Below are positions 26,690 through 37,104 of a stretch of DNA of 41,403 bases, in pieces. This DNA comes from Myxococcales bacterium (GTDB lineage Bacteria; Myxococcota_A; UBA9042): assembly GCA_037441385.1 (NCBI GenBank), contig JBBISH010000049.1:1-41403 (forward strand), given 5' to 3'. Position 1 is the stretch's first letter. Every line of letters starts with the position of its first letter. Below the pieces are notes generated by a model, which was not told the DNA's origin, did no database searches, and worked only from the letters and a program-made list of their open reading frames with translations. Position numbers and translations under genes: made by a program.

Positions 26690-26801
26690 CAGCCCCCCTT
26701 TCTGCGCACCCATCTGCTGCGCTCATGATCGGACGGCCGGTTTGGATTGGCAACTGGGGCGAATTTCGGTGGTGGACCCTGACTCGGGTGGCGAGCGGGA
26801 A

Positions 26802-29726
26802 TCAGGGCGCCGGCAAGTAGTCGTGCGCGCAGCGGACGCCGAAGGCAGGATCGATCGTCGCAGGCGGCGTATCTTCGCGGAAGAACACGGCCATCACGCC
26901 AGCGATGGTCCAGGCCGAACCGCCGCGCAAAATGCCGACGCCGGTGGGGCCGGGGCCCTTGGGGTTGTCCGCGGCAACGGTCTTGTAGTCGGGGACATAG
27001 TCGTCGCTCACCCACTCGGACACGTTGCCGGCCAGGCCCATGAGGCCCGACGGAGCGTGCCAGCCGGCGCCCACGGCCCAGGTGCCGCCCGCGCCGCAGC
27101 CCACGCCGTTGTTGTTGAAAATCGCTTGGCTGCACGTCACCGCCCCACCGCCCCATGGGTAGACTTGGCTGCCGGCCTGGCAAACGCCGCCCACGACCGC
27201 GCAATCGGTGCCGCGGGCGGCGCGCTCCCATTCGTGTTCGGTCGGCAGGCGTTTCCCAACGTATTTACAGTATTTCGCCGCCATGTCGCGGTTCAAACAG
27301 TTGACCGGGTGATCGCTGGTACCCGCCAGCTTGCTGTTGCAGGTCGCCCCGGTGATGGCGGTGCAGGCGCCAGCGGTGACGCACTTGGCGTAGTCGCTGA
27401 CCCGCACCTCGGAAATGTCCACGAAAAACGCACTGGTGGTCGCTACATGCAGCGGGCGGGCGTCGTCGGGGCACATCAAGCCCACCGCTTGCGGATCGCA
27501 ACCATACTCGGCCTTGGCGCCCGGAACGAACACCGACCCTTTGGACAACAGCGCGTGGGTACAGGTGCCCCCGGTACTACAAATCATGTTGGGATACGTG
27601 GCATCGCAGGCCGTCCACTCGGGCGCGGCGCTGTGCCCGCAGCCCTTGCTGGGGCTGCACGTGTCCAAGGTGCAGCCGTTGCCGTCGTCGCAGTTGAGCG
27701 GGACCTTGCCGGCCTGGCAGGCGCCGCTGGCGCAAGTGTCTTGGATCGTGCACGGGTTGCCGTCGTCGCACGGGTCCGACGTGGCCTGGTAGACGCAGCC
27801 GTTCTGCACCACGATCGAGCAATAGTCCTTGGTGCACGGGTTGTTGTCGTTGCAGACCTTGGCCTTGCCAAGGCAGGTGTTCGTGGCCGTGCAGACCGAG
27901 TCCACCACGCACGGATTGCTGTCGGTGCACGGTTTGCCGACCTGGCTGGCATGGCTGCACCCCGTGCTGGGGACGCAGCTATCCGCGGTGCACTCGACGC
28001 CGTCGTCGCAGTTGATGGCGGTGTGCGTGCAAGCGCCGCCCTTGTTCAGGTCGCACGAGTCCTGGGTGCACACGTCGCTGTCATTGCAGGGGTTGCCAGC
28101 GCCCGTGCAGGTCCCCGTCTTGCCACAGGCGTCGCCCGCGGTGCAGGGGTTGCCGTCATCGCAAAATAGGCCGGCCAACACAACGTGGCTGCAGGTTCCG
28201 CTCGCGCTTTCGCAGGCGTCGCTGGTGCACGGGTTGTTGTCGTTGCACAAGACGGGCTTGCCGATTTGGCATTTGCTGCCGGCGCACTGGTCGCCCGACG
28301 TGCACGGATTGCCGTCGTCGCAGGAGACGAAGTTTTCGGCGTGCTGGCACTTCGTGATGGGGTCGCAGCTGTCGTCGGTACAGGGGTTGTCGTCGCTGCA
28401 ATTCATCGGATCCAGGCCCTTGCACTTGCCCTGGCTGCAGTAATCGAACAAGGTGCAGACGTTGCTGTCGTCGCAGTCCGCGCTTGAGAACTTGTGCACA
28501 CAGCCGTCCAGTGGACTGCACGAGTCAAATGTGCAGACATCGCCATCCCAACACGACAGCGCGGTCGTGCTGGCGCAGGCGCCAGTCTCGGCGTGACAAT
28601 AGTCCCCCACTGTGCACAAGTTACCGTCGTCGCAGGGCAAGTTGACCAGCACCTGATGAATGCAGCCGGCGGTGGCCAGGCACATGTCCGTGGTGCAGGC
28701 GTTCAGATCGTCGCAGTTCACGTCGGGGTTGCCGCTGCACACGCCGCCCTCGCAGGTGTCGCCGCTGGTGCAGGCGTTGCCGTCGTTGCAGGCGCCGGTC
28801 TTGATGGTGAACACGCAACCCAGGTCGGGCGCGCAACTATCGGCCGTGCACGGATTGCCGTCGCTGCAAATGACCGGCGATCCCTGGCACTTGCCGCCCT
28901 GGCAGTGTTGGTCCTCGCTGCAGGCGTCGCCGTCCTTGCAGGCCGTGTTGTCGGCCACCTGGGCGAACTGGCAGCCGCTGCTCGCCGTGCAAGTATCGGT
29001 GGTACAAGGGTTGCTGTCCGAACAGGTGACTGCCGTGCCCTTGCAGCCCCCCGCTGCGCACGCGTCGTCTTTGGTGCAGGCATCGGCGTCGTCGCAGCTG
29101 CCCGCCGCCAGCTGGTGGTTGCAGCCGAGCTGCTTGTCGCAGCCGTCGCTGGTGCAAGGGTTGCCATCGTCGCAATTCGCAGCTTTGCCGGCACATTGGC
29201 CGCTTTGGCAGAGATCGCCGGCGGTGCAGGCGTCGCCGTCGCTGCAGGGGACTTGGCCGGCGCTGGCGTGGCTGCAGCCGGTCTTGGTGTCGCAGCCATC
29301 CACGGTGCACGGGTTGCCGTCGTCGCAGCCTACCGCTTCGAGCGAGGTGCAAACTCCCTGCACGCACAGGTCATTCTTGGTGCAGGCACTGCCGTCGTCG
29401 CAGGCACCGGCGGTGGCCGTGTGCTGGCAGCCCAGTCCCACGGCGCAACTGTCGTGGGTGCAGACGTTGTGGTCGTCGCAGTCTAGCGCGGGACCGCCCT
29501 TGCACGTTCCGGCCGCACACGCGTCGTCTTGGGTGCACGGGTCGCCATCCTGGCAGGCAGTGCCGGTCAGGGACGTGTGCTGGCAGCCTTTGGCGGCCAC
29601 GCATTGGTCTTGGGTACAGGGGTTGCCGTCGTTGCAGCCGTTGCTTTCGCACAAAATCGGCGTCTCGTTGGTGCAGCCCAGTCCGGCCACCAGCAGCGCC
29701 AAGAAGAAGACAACCCAATTGCGCAT
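26802..29726 (-). CDS. Lipoprotein with about 26 CDDGNPCT-type repeats and a C-terminal FGE-sulfatase (SUMF1/EgtB/PvdO) domain
   Basis: MRNWVVFFLALLVAGLGC lipobox; HPVNC, KRLPTEHEWERAARG, YPWG, LAGNVSEW, RGGS, GVRC. Confidence 0.9.
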   Translation of the reverse strand: MRNWVVFFLALLVAGLGCTNETPILCESNGCNDGNPCTQDQCVAAKGCQHTSLTGTACQDGDPCTQDDACAAGTCKGGPALDCDDHNVCTHDSCAVGLGCQHTATAGACDDGSACTKNDLCVQGVCTSLEAVGCDDGNPCTVDGCDTKTGCSHASAGQVPCSDGDACTAGDLCQSGQCAGKAANCDDGNPCTSDGCDKQLGCNHQLAAGSCDDADACTKDDACAAGGCKGTAVTCSDSNPCTTDTCTASSGCQFAQVADNTACKDGDACSEDQHCQGGKCQGSPVICSDGNPCTADSCAPDLGCVFTIKTGACNDGNACTSGDTCEGGVCSGNPDVNCDDLNACTTDMCLATAGCIHQVLVNLPCDDGNLCTVGDYCHAETGACASTTALSCWDGDVCTFDSCSPLDGCVHKFSSADCDDSNVCTLFDYCSQGKCKGLDPMNCSDDNPCTDDSCDPITKCQHAENFVSCDDGNPCTSGDQCAGSKCQIGKPVLCNDNNPCTSDACESASGTCSHVVLAGLFCDDGNPCTAGDACGKTGTCTGAGNPCNDSDVCTQDSCDLNKGGACTHTAINCDDGVECTADSCVPSTGCSHASQVGKPCTDSNPCVVDSVCTATNTCLGKAKVCNDNNPCTKDYCSIVVQNGCVYQATSDPCDDGNPCTIQDTCASGACQAGKVPLNCDDGNGCTLDTCSPSKGCGHSAAPEWTACDATYPNMICSTGGTCTHALLSKGSVFVPGAKAEYGCDPQAVGLMCPDDARPLHVATTSAFFVDISEVRVSDYAKCVTAGACTAITGATCNSKLAGTSDHPVNCLNRDMAAKYCKYVGKRLPTEHEWERAARGTDCAVVGGVCQAGSQVYPWGGGAVTCSQAIFNNNGVGCGAGGTWAVGAGWHAPSGLMGLAGNVSEWVSDDYVPDYKTVAADNPKGPGPTGVGILRGGSAWTIAGVMAVFFREDTPPATIDPAFGVRCAHDYLPAP

Positions 29727-29839
29727 GCAGCCCCCCGCGTCGGGCCATGCAGGCCCGATCGTCCTGAAACAGGCGACCGCCGGGGTTCGATCGCGATACC
29801 AGGGGAGCTTGGCACAGGTGCGGACGGCTCGGCAAGCCG

Positions 29840-31312
29840 CTACGGGCGCAGGGGCACAAAGCTGGCATTGCCGTCGCGCCACACGAGCAGCATCGCCATG
29901 TGGCCGGGCTGCAGCATCTGCGCCAAGTCGGTGGGCGCGCTGACGGGTTTGCGGTCAACCTCTAGAATCAAGTCGCCACGTTGCAGGCCGGCCCGCGCTG
30001 CGGCGCCGTCCGCCTCGACCTCGGCCACCACCACCCCGGCCAGCCCCGGCGGCAGGTCGTGGGCGCGCTGCAGCTCGCTGGTGAGCGGCTCGACCAGCAG
30101 CCCGGCTTGGGCCGTGCCCGGCGCGACCGAATTCTGGCGGGTGCGGCGCGGATCCGGCGCCTCGGCCAGGGTCGCCTGGAGCACCAGGTTTTTACCCTCG
30201 CGGATGACCTCGACCTCGACTTTGGCACCCACGCCGGCCTGTGCGACGGCATTGCGCATTCGCAAGGGAGCTTCGGTGGTAGTGGCGCCGATGCGCACCA
30301 GCACGTCGCCACGCCGCACCCCGGCCCGGTCGGCCGGCGAGTCGCGCTGCACGTCGGTGATGAGGATGCCGCCGCGGTCGCCCACCGCAAAGGCCTCGCG
30401 AAGTTCGGCACTTAGGTCCTGTACGCCCACGCCAAGCCAGCCACGCACCACGCGTCCCTTTTCGAGCAGACTTTGCATCAGCGGCCGGACCATGTTGGCC
30501 GGAATGGCAAAGCCGATGCCCACGCTGCCGCCCGAGGCGCTGGCAATGGCGGTGGCGATACCGACCAGTTCGCCGCGCAAATTCACCAGCGCGCCGCCCG
30601 AGTTGCCGGGGTTGATCGCCGCGTCGGTCTGCACAAAGTCTTCGTAGTCGGCGATGTGGACGTTGGCGCGGCCCTTGGCGCTGACGATGCCGTGGCTGAC
30701 GCTTTGGCCCAGGCCAAACGGGCTGCCGATGGCCAACACCACCTCGCCCAGGCGCAGTTTGTCCGAGTCAGCAAACTTCATGGCCGTTAGGCCACTTACG
30801 TTACCCTGCAGGCGCAGCACGGCCAGGTCCGAGCGCGCATCGCCGCCGACCAACTCGGCGGTTAGATCGCGGCCGTCGGCCAGACGCACATGGATGAATT
30901 GTGCGCCCTCGATGACGTGGTTGCTGGTGACGACAATGCCCTTGTCGTCGACGATGACACCGGAACCGAGCGAGTGGCTCTGCGTTTCGTCGTGGTCGCC
31001 ACCGCGCAGGCCCCAGAAGCGCCGGAAAAGACGCTCTTCTTGTGTGGGCGCCCGCCGCTGGATGCGCGTGGTCGAGATATTGACCACCGACTGCACGGCC
31101 ATCTCGGCCGCGTCGGCCATTTGGTCGCTATCATGCTGATGCCCTTCGCCGGCGGTTCCGGTGGCGGCGGTGGGTGGCGCCGCGGGCGCCGGGGTACTCG
31201 CCGGCCTGGTGGTCTTGATCTCCGCGCCTTGCGGTGTCGGCCGGCACGCCAGCGCCAGCAGAACCGCCAGCGCGAGCAGGGGCCCCAGCCGGGTGAGGTG
31301 GACCGTCGCCAT
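29840..31312 (-). CDS. degP: Do/DegP-family serine endoprotease with two PDZ domains
   Basis: Lipobox LALAC; SLGSGVI, SNHV (His), SDLAV (Asp), INPGNSGG (Ser); two PDZ domains. Confidence 0.92.
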   Translation of the reverse strand: MATVHLTRLGPLLALAVLLALACRPTPQGAEIKTTRPASTPAPAAPPTAATGTAGEGHQHDSDQMADAAEMAVQSVVNISTTRIQRRAPTQEERLFRRFWGLRGGDHDETQSHSLGSGVIVDDKGIVVTSNHVIEGAQFIHVRLADGRDLTAELVGGDARSDLAVLRLQGNVSGLTAMKFADSDKLRLGEVVLAIGSPFGLGQSVSHGIVSAKGRANVHIADYEDFVQTDAAINPGNSGGALVNLRGELVGIATAIASASGGSVGIGFAIPANMVRPLMQSLLEKGRVVRGWLGVGVQDLSAELREAFAVGDRGGILITDVQRDSPADRAGVRRGDVLVRIGATTTEAPLRMRNAVAQAGVGAKVEVEVIREGKNLVLQATLAEAPDPRRTRQNSVAPGTAQAGLLVEPLTSELQRAHDLPPGLAGVVVAEVEADGAAARAGLQRGDLILEVDRKPVSAPTDLAQMLQPGHMAMLLVWRDGNASFVPLRP

Positions 31313-31314
31313 GA

Positions 31315-32370
31315 TCAGGGCTGCTGCGCCGCGAGGGCGCGGACGGCAGCGGCGATGCCGTCGGGCTGGGGAATGCTGTGCTTCTCGTAACCCCACGCCA
31401 AGCCCACACCCGGCACGTCCACGCCGGCCAGCAGCCGTGGCGGCGCCAGCAGCTCATAGAAGCACTGGTCGACCACTTTGCGGATCACATGCTCGCCAAA
31501 ATTGGTCACCTCGGTGTCTTCATTGACGACCAGCAGCCGCCCTGTCTTCTTCACCGAGTCAACAACGGCCTGCTCATCAAAGGGATATAGCGTGCGCAGA
31601 TCGATGACCTCGACGCTCAGGCCTTGCTTGGCCAGATCGTCGGCGACGTGGGCGCACATGACCAAGCCGCGACCGTAGCTGACCACGGTCACGTGCTCGC
31701 CTTCGCGGGCCAGGCGGGCTTTGCCAAACGGCACGCGGTAGTCCTCGACCTTGGGCCAGTGCGGCACCCAGCCGGTACGGTCGCCCACGGGCGCATCGAT
31801 CGCATGGTGCAAGGCTTTTTCGTCGGCGGGCTCGCCGGGGATCAGTTCGTCCCCCTTGGCGCGCATCAGACCCTTGGGCGCCATGAACAGCACCGGGTTG
31901 GGATCGGCGATCGCCGAAAGCATGAGGCCGTAGGCGTCTTTGGCGTTGCTGGGCATCACCACCGTCCAGCCCTGGATGTGGGTGGCCATGCTCTCGAAGC
32001 TGTGCGAGTGGTACATCGAGCCGTGGATGCCGGCGCCAACCGGGGTCATCACCACCAGCGGCACGTGGTACTCGCCGGCGCTGGACCAATGGGCGTTGCC
32101 GCAGAGCTTGAGCAAGTCGATGCAATTGAAGATGTAATCGCAGAACTGGATCTCGGCCACCGGCTTGCCGCCGCCATAGGCAATGCCCAGGGCCATGCCG
32201 ATGATGCCGCGCTCGTCCAGGGGCGAATTCCACGCCGTTTTCAGGCCTTGGGTACAGGTGAACACGCCGCCCAGCGGGGCGCCCACGTCCTCGCCAAAGA
32301 TGTCGGTCACGCCCAGGTGCTCTTCGCCGTAGTGCAGCGCGAGCCGAATGGCTTGGGCCATGTTGGCCAT
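31315..32370 (-). CDS. 2-oxoacid dehydrogenase E1 beta subunit (probably branched-chain, myxobacterial esg/bkd type)
   Basis: FGEDVG, GGVF, SPLDERG, VAEIQFCDY, HSHS, EVIDLRTLYP, VKKTGR. Confidence 0.88.
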   Translation of the reverse strand: MANMAQAIRLALHYGEEHLGVTDIFGEDVGAPLGGVFTCTQGLKTAWNSPLDERGIIGMALGIAYGGGKPVAEIQFCDYIFNCIDLLKLCGNAHWSSAGEYHVPLVVMTPVGAGIHGSMYHSHSFESMATHIQGWTVVMPSNAKDAYGLMLSAIADPNPVLFMAPKGLMRAKGDELIPGEPADEKALHHAIDAPVGDRTGWVPHWPKVEDYRVPFGKARLAREGEHVTVVSYGRGLVMCAHVADDLAKQGLSVEVIDLRTLYPFDEQAVVDSVKKTGRLLVVNEDTEVTNFGEHVIRKVVDQCFYELLAPPRLLAGVDVPGVGLAWGYEKHSIPQPDGIAAAVRALAAQQP

Positions 32371-32391
32371 GAGAAACCTCTGGATTATTGT

Positions 32392-33390
32392 CTAGTTGCC
32401 CGCCGGTCCGCGGTAAAAAACGTGCTGGAGGACGTGGTGCTGGTCCGGCATCGGCTCCTTCTCTACGGCCGCAAAGGCGTCGTGCAAAGCACTGTGCCAG
32501 CGGTCCCAGACCACCTTCAACTCCGCTTGCGTGGTCAGGTTTTCTTGCAACAGGCGCGCTTCGTAGCGGGTCAAGCAATCTTCTTCGTCGTGCAGCGCCG
32601 CGCCCGAGCTAGACGAGTGGCCGTACAGACGCGAGACATTGCCCTGCAAGATGAATGGCTTGCGCTCGTTGCGCACGTAGTCCATCGCCTCGGCAATCGC
32701 GGTCCAGGCGGCGATCGGGTCGTTGCCGTCCACGCAGGCGTTCCGGATGCCAAAGCCGTCGCCGCGGCGGTTCAGCTCTTTGAAATTCTGCACGGTTTTG
32801 GAAGGCGTCGAGATGCCCCAGCCGTTGTGGGCGATGCAGAACAGCACCGGCAGCTCGCCGCCCGGACGGGTCGACCAGTTCATGCCGCTGTAGAAGTCGC
32901 CTTCGGCCGAACCGGCGTCGCCGCCCGTGACGATCGAGATGCCCACGCCACCGTGGCGGCGCTGCAAGTGCGCGGTGCCCGGCGCCACGGCGTACTGGGT
33001 CTCGATGGTCGGCGTGACGGGCACGATGTTCCAGGCCTTGATCGCAAAGTGATTCACAAAGTTGCGGCCCTTGCTAAAGGGATCGGTCGCCGTGCCGCGC
33101 ATCTGCCGCAGCACGTCGATCGGCTCGCCGCCCATCGCCAGCACCGTGGGCGAACTACGGTAGTGCAAGTGCAGATAATCAAAGGCGGGGCCGTGGCCCT
33201 TGTGGACCAGCATGCCCAGCGGCACGCCAAAGCCCTCTTCGCCGGGCGCGCCGATCCAGAAGTAGCCGTGGCCGGTCCGCATCATGCGGATCAGCATCTC
33301 TTCGGTGGCGCGCGCCTTGACCATCAGGTCGTGGATGCGCAGCTTGGTGGCCTCGTCCAAGGCGGGCGGGGTCCAGCGCGTAGCAGTCAT
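32392..33390 (-). CDS. 2-oxoacid dehydrogenase E1 alpha subunit (TPP-dependent)
   Basis: HYR, GDAGSAEGDF TPP motif, NGWGIST, VDGND, RLYGHSSS. Confidence 0.88.
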   Translation of the reverse strand: MTATRWTPPALDEATKLRIHDLMVKARATEEMLIRMMRTGHGYFWIGAPGEEGFGVPLGMLVHKGHGPAFDYLHLHYRSSPTVLAMGGEPIDVLRQMRGTATDPFSKGRNFVNHFAIKAWNIVPVTPTIETQYAVAPGTAHLQRRHGGVGISIVTGGDAGSAEGDFYSGMNWSTRPGGELPVLFCIAHNGWGISTPSKTVQNFKELNRRGDGFGIRNACVDGNDPIAAWTAIAEAMDYVRNERKPFILQGNVSRLYGHSSSSGAALHDEEDCLTRYEARLLQENLTTQAELKVVWDRWHSALHDAFAAVEKEPMPDQHHVLQHVFYRGPAGN

Positions 33391-33435
33391 CGGGGCTCCG
33401 TGGCGCGGCGGCGACTCCGCGCGGGGCCGGGGATT

Positions 33436-34329
33436 TTAGCACATCGCGACCGGCGGTGCACCATCCACCAGCAGCCGCCCATCCAGGAGCGCGCGCGCCA
33501 GAGCAAGGGCAACCGCGACCTGGGTCGAGTCATTCCACTGCGCCAGCTCGGGGCGGCGGCGAATCGGCCTGGATGCGGCAGGCGGCACATAGGCGGTCAT
33601 CAAATTCAAGAAACTCCCCGCCGGCAGGCGCGCCGCCAGTTCGTGCAACAACGGCCGCGTGCAGCACTCCAAGTGCCCGGGCATCAGCAGGTGCCGCACG
33701 ACCAAGGTCGGCAGTCCCGACTGCATGGGCGTTTGGCCGGCAAGTTGAAACGAACGTTCGACCAATTCGGCGTAGTCGAAGCCGCGCACCCCCGCCAGTC
33801 GCGCCGCGCAGGCCGGATTGCCGAACTTGTGGTCGATGACCCAGGTCGCCACCAGCCCATCCAGCAGCTCTGCCGCCTGCGGACTCAACAACCCATTGCA
33901 ATTCCAAACGATTGGCAGAGGATCGCGGCACTCCTGCAGTGCGGCCAGCACCGCCGGCAGGCTGGGCGTGGGATCGCCGCCCACAAAGGAAAGCGTACGG
34001 GCGCCTTGGGTTTTTCGCTTGGCGATGCGTGCCGCCAACCAGGCCCCGCTCAGCTCCACCGCGCCGTGCCGCTCGGGCTGGACCACGTGCTCCCACTCGC
34101 TGCAGAACAGGCAGCGCAGCGAGCAGCCGCCCAGATCCACGAGCATGGTCGGCGAGATCGCCGGCTCTTCGCCCAGCGACAGCAACTCCTTGTAGACCCA
34201 AGCCCGGCCGTCGAGGCGACAAAAGGCACCGCTGCGACCTTGGTTGCGATCGACGCGGCAGTCGCGCGGGCACAGCCGGCAGTCGCGCAGCGCCGTTTGG
34301 GCCAGTTCCGCGCGTTGGGCGATGTCCAC
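33436..34329 (-). CDS. Radical SAM protein, PflX-like
   Basis: CRLCPRDCRVDR N-terminal cluster, GEE, CSLRCLFC (CX3CX2C), VGGDPTP, VRHLLMPG. Confidence 0.88.
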   Translation of the reverse strand: MDIAQRAELAQTALRDCRLCPRDCRVDRNQGRSGAFCRLDGRAWVYKELLSLGEEPAISPTMLVDLGGCSLRCLFCSEWEHVVQPERHGAVELSGAWLAARIAKRKTQGARTLSFVGGDPTPSLPAVLAALQECRDPLPIVWNCNGLLSPQAAELLDGLVATWVIDHKFGNPACAARLAGVRGFDYAELVERSFQLAGQTPMQSGLPTLVVRHLLMPGHLECCTRPLLHELAARLPAGSFLNLMTAYVPPAASRPIRRRPELAQWNDSTQVAVALALARALLDGRLLVDGAPPVAMC

Positions 34330-34330
34330 T

Positions 34331-36271
34331 TTACACGCGGTGATGCTTGGGCTTTTCGGCCGCGACGTCGTGCTCGTGGTTCAGGGCGTGCTGGGCCCGG
34401 TCCGACTTGGCGGCCGCTTCGATGGCGGTGGCAAAGCCCATCTCGGCCAAATGCAGCGTGCACGAACTTAGCTCGTTCAAGGCGTTGCGCAGCGGATCGA
34501 CCTGGCCGGTGGCGATGGCGGCGCGCACGCTGGCGATCGCCGCTTCGATGTCGGCCGCCTCGTCGGGGTCCAGGCGCTGGCCGGCGGGGCCCTGCAGCTG
34601 GCGGCGGGTCGCGGCCATCACTTGCTCGGCCTCGACTTTTTGGTCGACGAAGCTGCGCTCCTCGATGTCCTTCTCGGCGTTGTCAAAGGCCGACTCCAGC
34701 ATCGCCTCGACCTCGGCATCGGTCAGGCCGTAACTTGGCTTGACTTCAACCGTTTTTTCGCGGCCGGTGCGCATGTCGCGGGCAGTGACGTGCAAGATGC
34801 CGTTGGCATCGACCAGGAACTGCACGTCCAGGCGCGGCAGGCCGGCCGGCATCGGCTCGATCGGGATGACGAAGCGGGCCAAGCTGCGGCAATCGCGGAC
34901 CAATTCGCGCTCACCCTGCACGACGTGGATGACCACACCGGTCTGGTTGTCGGTCGAAGTGGTGAACTCGTCGCTGGCCGTGGCGGGGATCGACGAGTTG
35001 CGCACGATGATCTTGGCCACCGCGCCGCCCATGGTCTCGATGCCCAAGGATAGCGGGATCACGTCCAAGAGCAGCTGGTCGCGCCGCCCCGTGGTCATGA
35101 TGTCGGCTTGCACTGCGGCACCCAGGGCCACCACCTGATCCGGGTCGATCTCGGTGTGGGGCGGCCGACCAAAAAGCTCGGCAACCCGCTGGCGCACCAG
35201 GGGAATCCGCGTGGAACCGCCCACCAGCACCACCTCGTCCAGGTCGCTGGCCTGCAGCCCGGCATCGGCCAGGGCGCGCTGACACGGGGCGACGGTGCGC
35301 TCGACGATCGGGGCGATCAGGGCCTCGAAGTCCGCGCGCGTCCAGGTCAATTCCAGCGGCTGCGCCCGCAGCGGCTGCAGGTCCACGCTGACCGTGGCGG
35401 TCTCTTGGCTGGACAAGGCGATCTTCAGCGCGATCGCGGCCTTGCGCAGGCGCTGCAGCAGCTCGGCCTGGCCCGCAGGCTCCAGGCCCGCTTGCCGCAG
35501 CGCCGCCACCACCGCGCCCACCATGGCCAGGTCGATGTCGTCGCCGCCCAGGTGGGTGTCGCCGCCGGTGGCCAACACTTCGGTCAGGCCCTCGTGCAGC
35601 TGCAGGATCGAGATGTCGAACGTGCCGCCGCCCAGATCGAACACCGCGACCTTGCTGCCCTGGCCTTTCGAATCTGGGCGCTTGTCCAGCCCATACGCCA
35701 GCGCCGCCGCCGTGGGCTCGTTGACGATGCGCAGCACTTCCAAGCCCGCCAGCCGACCGGCGTCTTTGGTGGCCTGGCGCTGGGCGTCGCCAAAGTAGGC
35801 CGGCACGGTGATGACCGCGCGCGCCACGGGCTTGCCCAAGGCCAACTCGGCACGACGCTTCAGCTCTTTGAGCACGAAGGCGCTCAGCTCGGGCGGCGTG
35901 TAACGGCGGTCGCCCACTTGGATGCGCACCGCCTTGGAGCCCGGCTCGGCGTGGACCTGATACGGCAAAAGCACAAGCTCGTCGGCCACTTCGGCGGCGT
36001 CGCGCCCCATCAGCCGCTTGACCGAGTAGATGGTGTGGCGCGGATCCAGGTGCACGCGCTGGTCGGCCGGCACGCCGGTCGCCAGCAATTCCCCTTGCTG
36101 ATCAAAGGCAATGACCGAGGGGACCAGGGGACCATTGGGCCCCGACAGCACTTGTGGCTGACCGTTCTCGTCCACCCAGGCGACTAGGCTGTTGGTCGTG
36201 CCCAGATCGATGCCGACCGCCAGCTCGCTCTGCGCTGGCGCAGCGGCCGGGCCGCCGATGAGGATCGCCAT
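34331..36271 (-). CDS. hscA: Fe-S protein assembly chaperone HscA (Hsp70)
   Basis: [59 protein letters not shown]; position in the isc operon. Confidence 0.93.
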   Translation of the reverse strand: MAILIGGPAAAPAQSELAVGIDLGTTNSLVAWVDENGQPQVLSGPNGPLVPSVIAFDQQGELLATGVPADQRVHLDPRHTIYSVKRLMGRDAAEVADELVLLPYQVHAEPGSKAVRIQVGDRRYTPPELSAFVLKELKRRAELALGKPVARAVITVPAYFGDAQRQATKDAGRLAGLEVLRIVNEPTAAALAYGLDKRPDSKGQGSKVAVFDLGGGTFDISILQLHEGLTEVLATGGDTHLGGDDIDLAMVGAVVAALRQAGLEPAGQAELLQRLRKAAIALKIALSSQETATVSVDLQPLRAQPLELTWTRADFEALIAPIVERTVAPCQRALADAGLQASDLDEVVLVGGSTRIPLVRQRVAELFGRPPHTEIDPDQVVALGAAVQADIMTTGRRDQLLLDVIPLSLGIETMGGAVAKIIVRNSSIPATASDEFTTSTDNQTGVVIHVVQGERELVRDCRSLARFVIPIEPMPAGLPRLDVQFLVDANGILHVTARDMRTGREKTVEVKPSYGLTDAEVEAMLESAFDNAEKDIEERSFVDQKVEAEQVMAATRRQLQGPAGQRLDPDEAADIEAAIASVRAAIATGQVDPLRNALNELSSCTLHLAEMGFATAIEAAAKSDRAQHALNHEHDVAAEKPKHHRV

Positions 36272-36300
36272 GACGTTCTATCCTTTGGGGGCGCTGGGCG

Positions 36301-36981
36301 CTAGGCGCGCTCGGGCACCGTCTTTTCCAGCAGTTCCTTGCAGCGGGCGCGGAGCTTGTCCAAATAGGTCAGCCGACCCAGCGAAGTCCGCAGGCGCCGC
36401 CGCGCCGTGGCCTCACCAGCCGGGTCGCCGCCCGCGGCGTCCCAAAGCTCGGCATCTTCGCGCAGGATCTCGCGGATGTCGACGCGATCGCCCTCGAGCT
36501 CGCCCAAGAGCGACTGCAGCGCGCGGCGATTCTGCTGCGGCGCTTCGGCCAACTCGTCCAGGGTCTCGTTGCGCTCGAAGCTGAGGGCCAATTCCGCCGC
36601 GCTGGGCTTGTAGACCTCGTCGGGGCGCTCGCCGGCCAGCTCGACCACGTAGTGGCAGCGCTTCTCGAAGTCGCGCAGCACGCGCCAGGCATCGTTCAAG
36701 AGCGCCGTGTGCTTCTGGGCTTTTTCGACCATGGCCGCGCCGTCGCGCAGGTAGCGATCGGGATGCAGCTGGCGAATCAGCGCCTTGACCTTGGCGTCGG
36801 TCGCCGCTTCGTCCAGGCAGATTTGTGGCTTGAGGCCAAGAACTTCAAAGTGATTCGGCATGGCTTCGCCCGGCGCCGGCCAGCGGTTCAGCACCGCGCC
36901 GCCGTGGTCGCCAATGACGTAGGGGCGCAGCGCCGCGGTCAACGGGCCAGCCGGGGCAGTGCTCAGGAACATCTCATTCAT
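36301..36981 (-). CDS. hscB: Fe-S assembly co-chaperone HscB
   Basis: J-domain NHFEVLGL...LHPD...LNDAWRVL, located between iscA and hscA. Start may be further downstream. Confidence 0.85.
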   Translation of the reverse strand: MNEMFLSTAPAGPLTAALRPYVIGDHGGAVLNRWPAPGEAMPNHFEVLGLKPQICLDEAATDAKVKALIRQLHPDRYLRDGAAMVEKAQKHTALLNDAWRVLRDFEKRCHYVVELAGERPDEVYKPSAAELALSFERNETLDELAEAPQQNRRALQSLLGELEGDRVDIREILREDAELWDAAGGDPAGEATARRRLRTSLGRLTYLDKLRARCKELLEKTVPERA

Positions 36982-37104
36982 AGCCAACACTCCATCCGGG
37001 GGCGCGCCCACCTCTGCAACCTGGCCCGCGGGAGCCGGCTTGGACAGGGCGGTTGGGCGTCGCTTGGGGGTGCGGCGGCCAGAAGACTGCGCCGCCAGAA
37101 GGGA

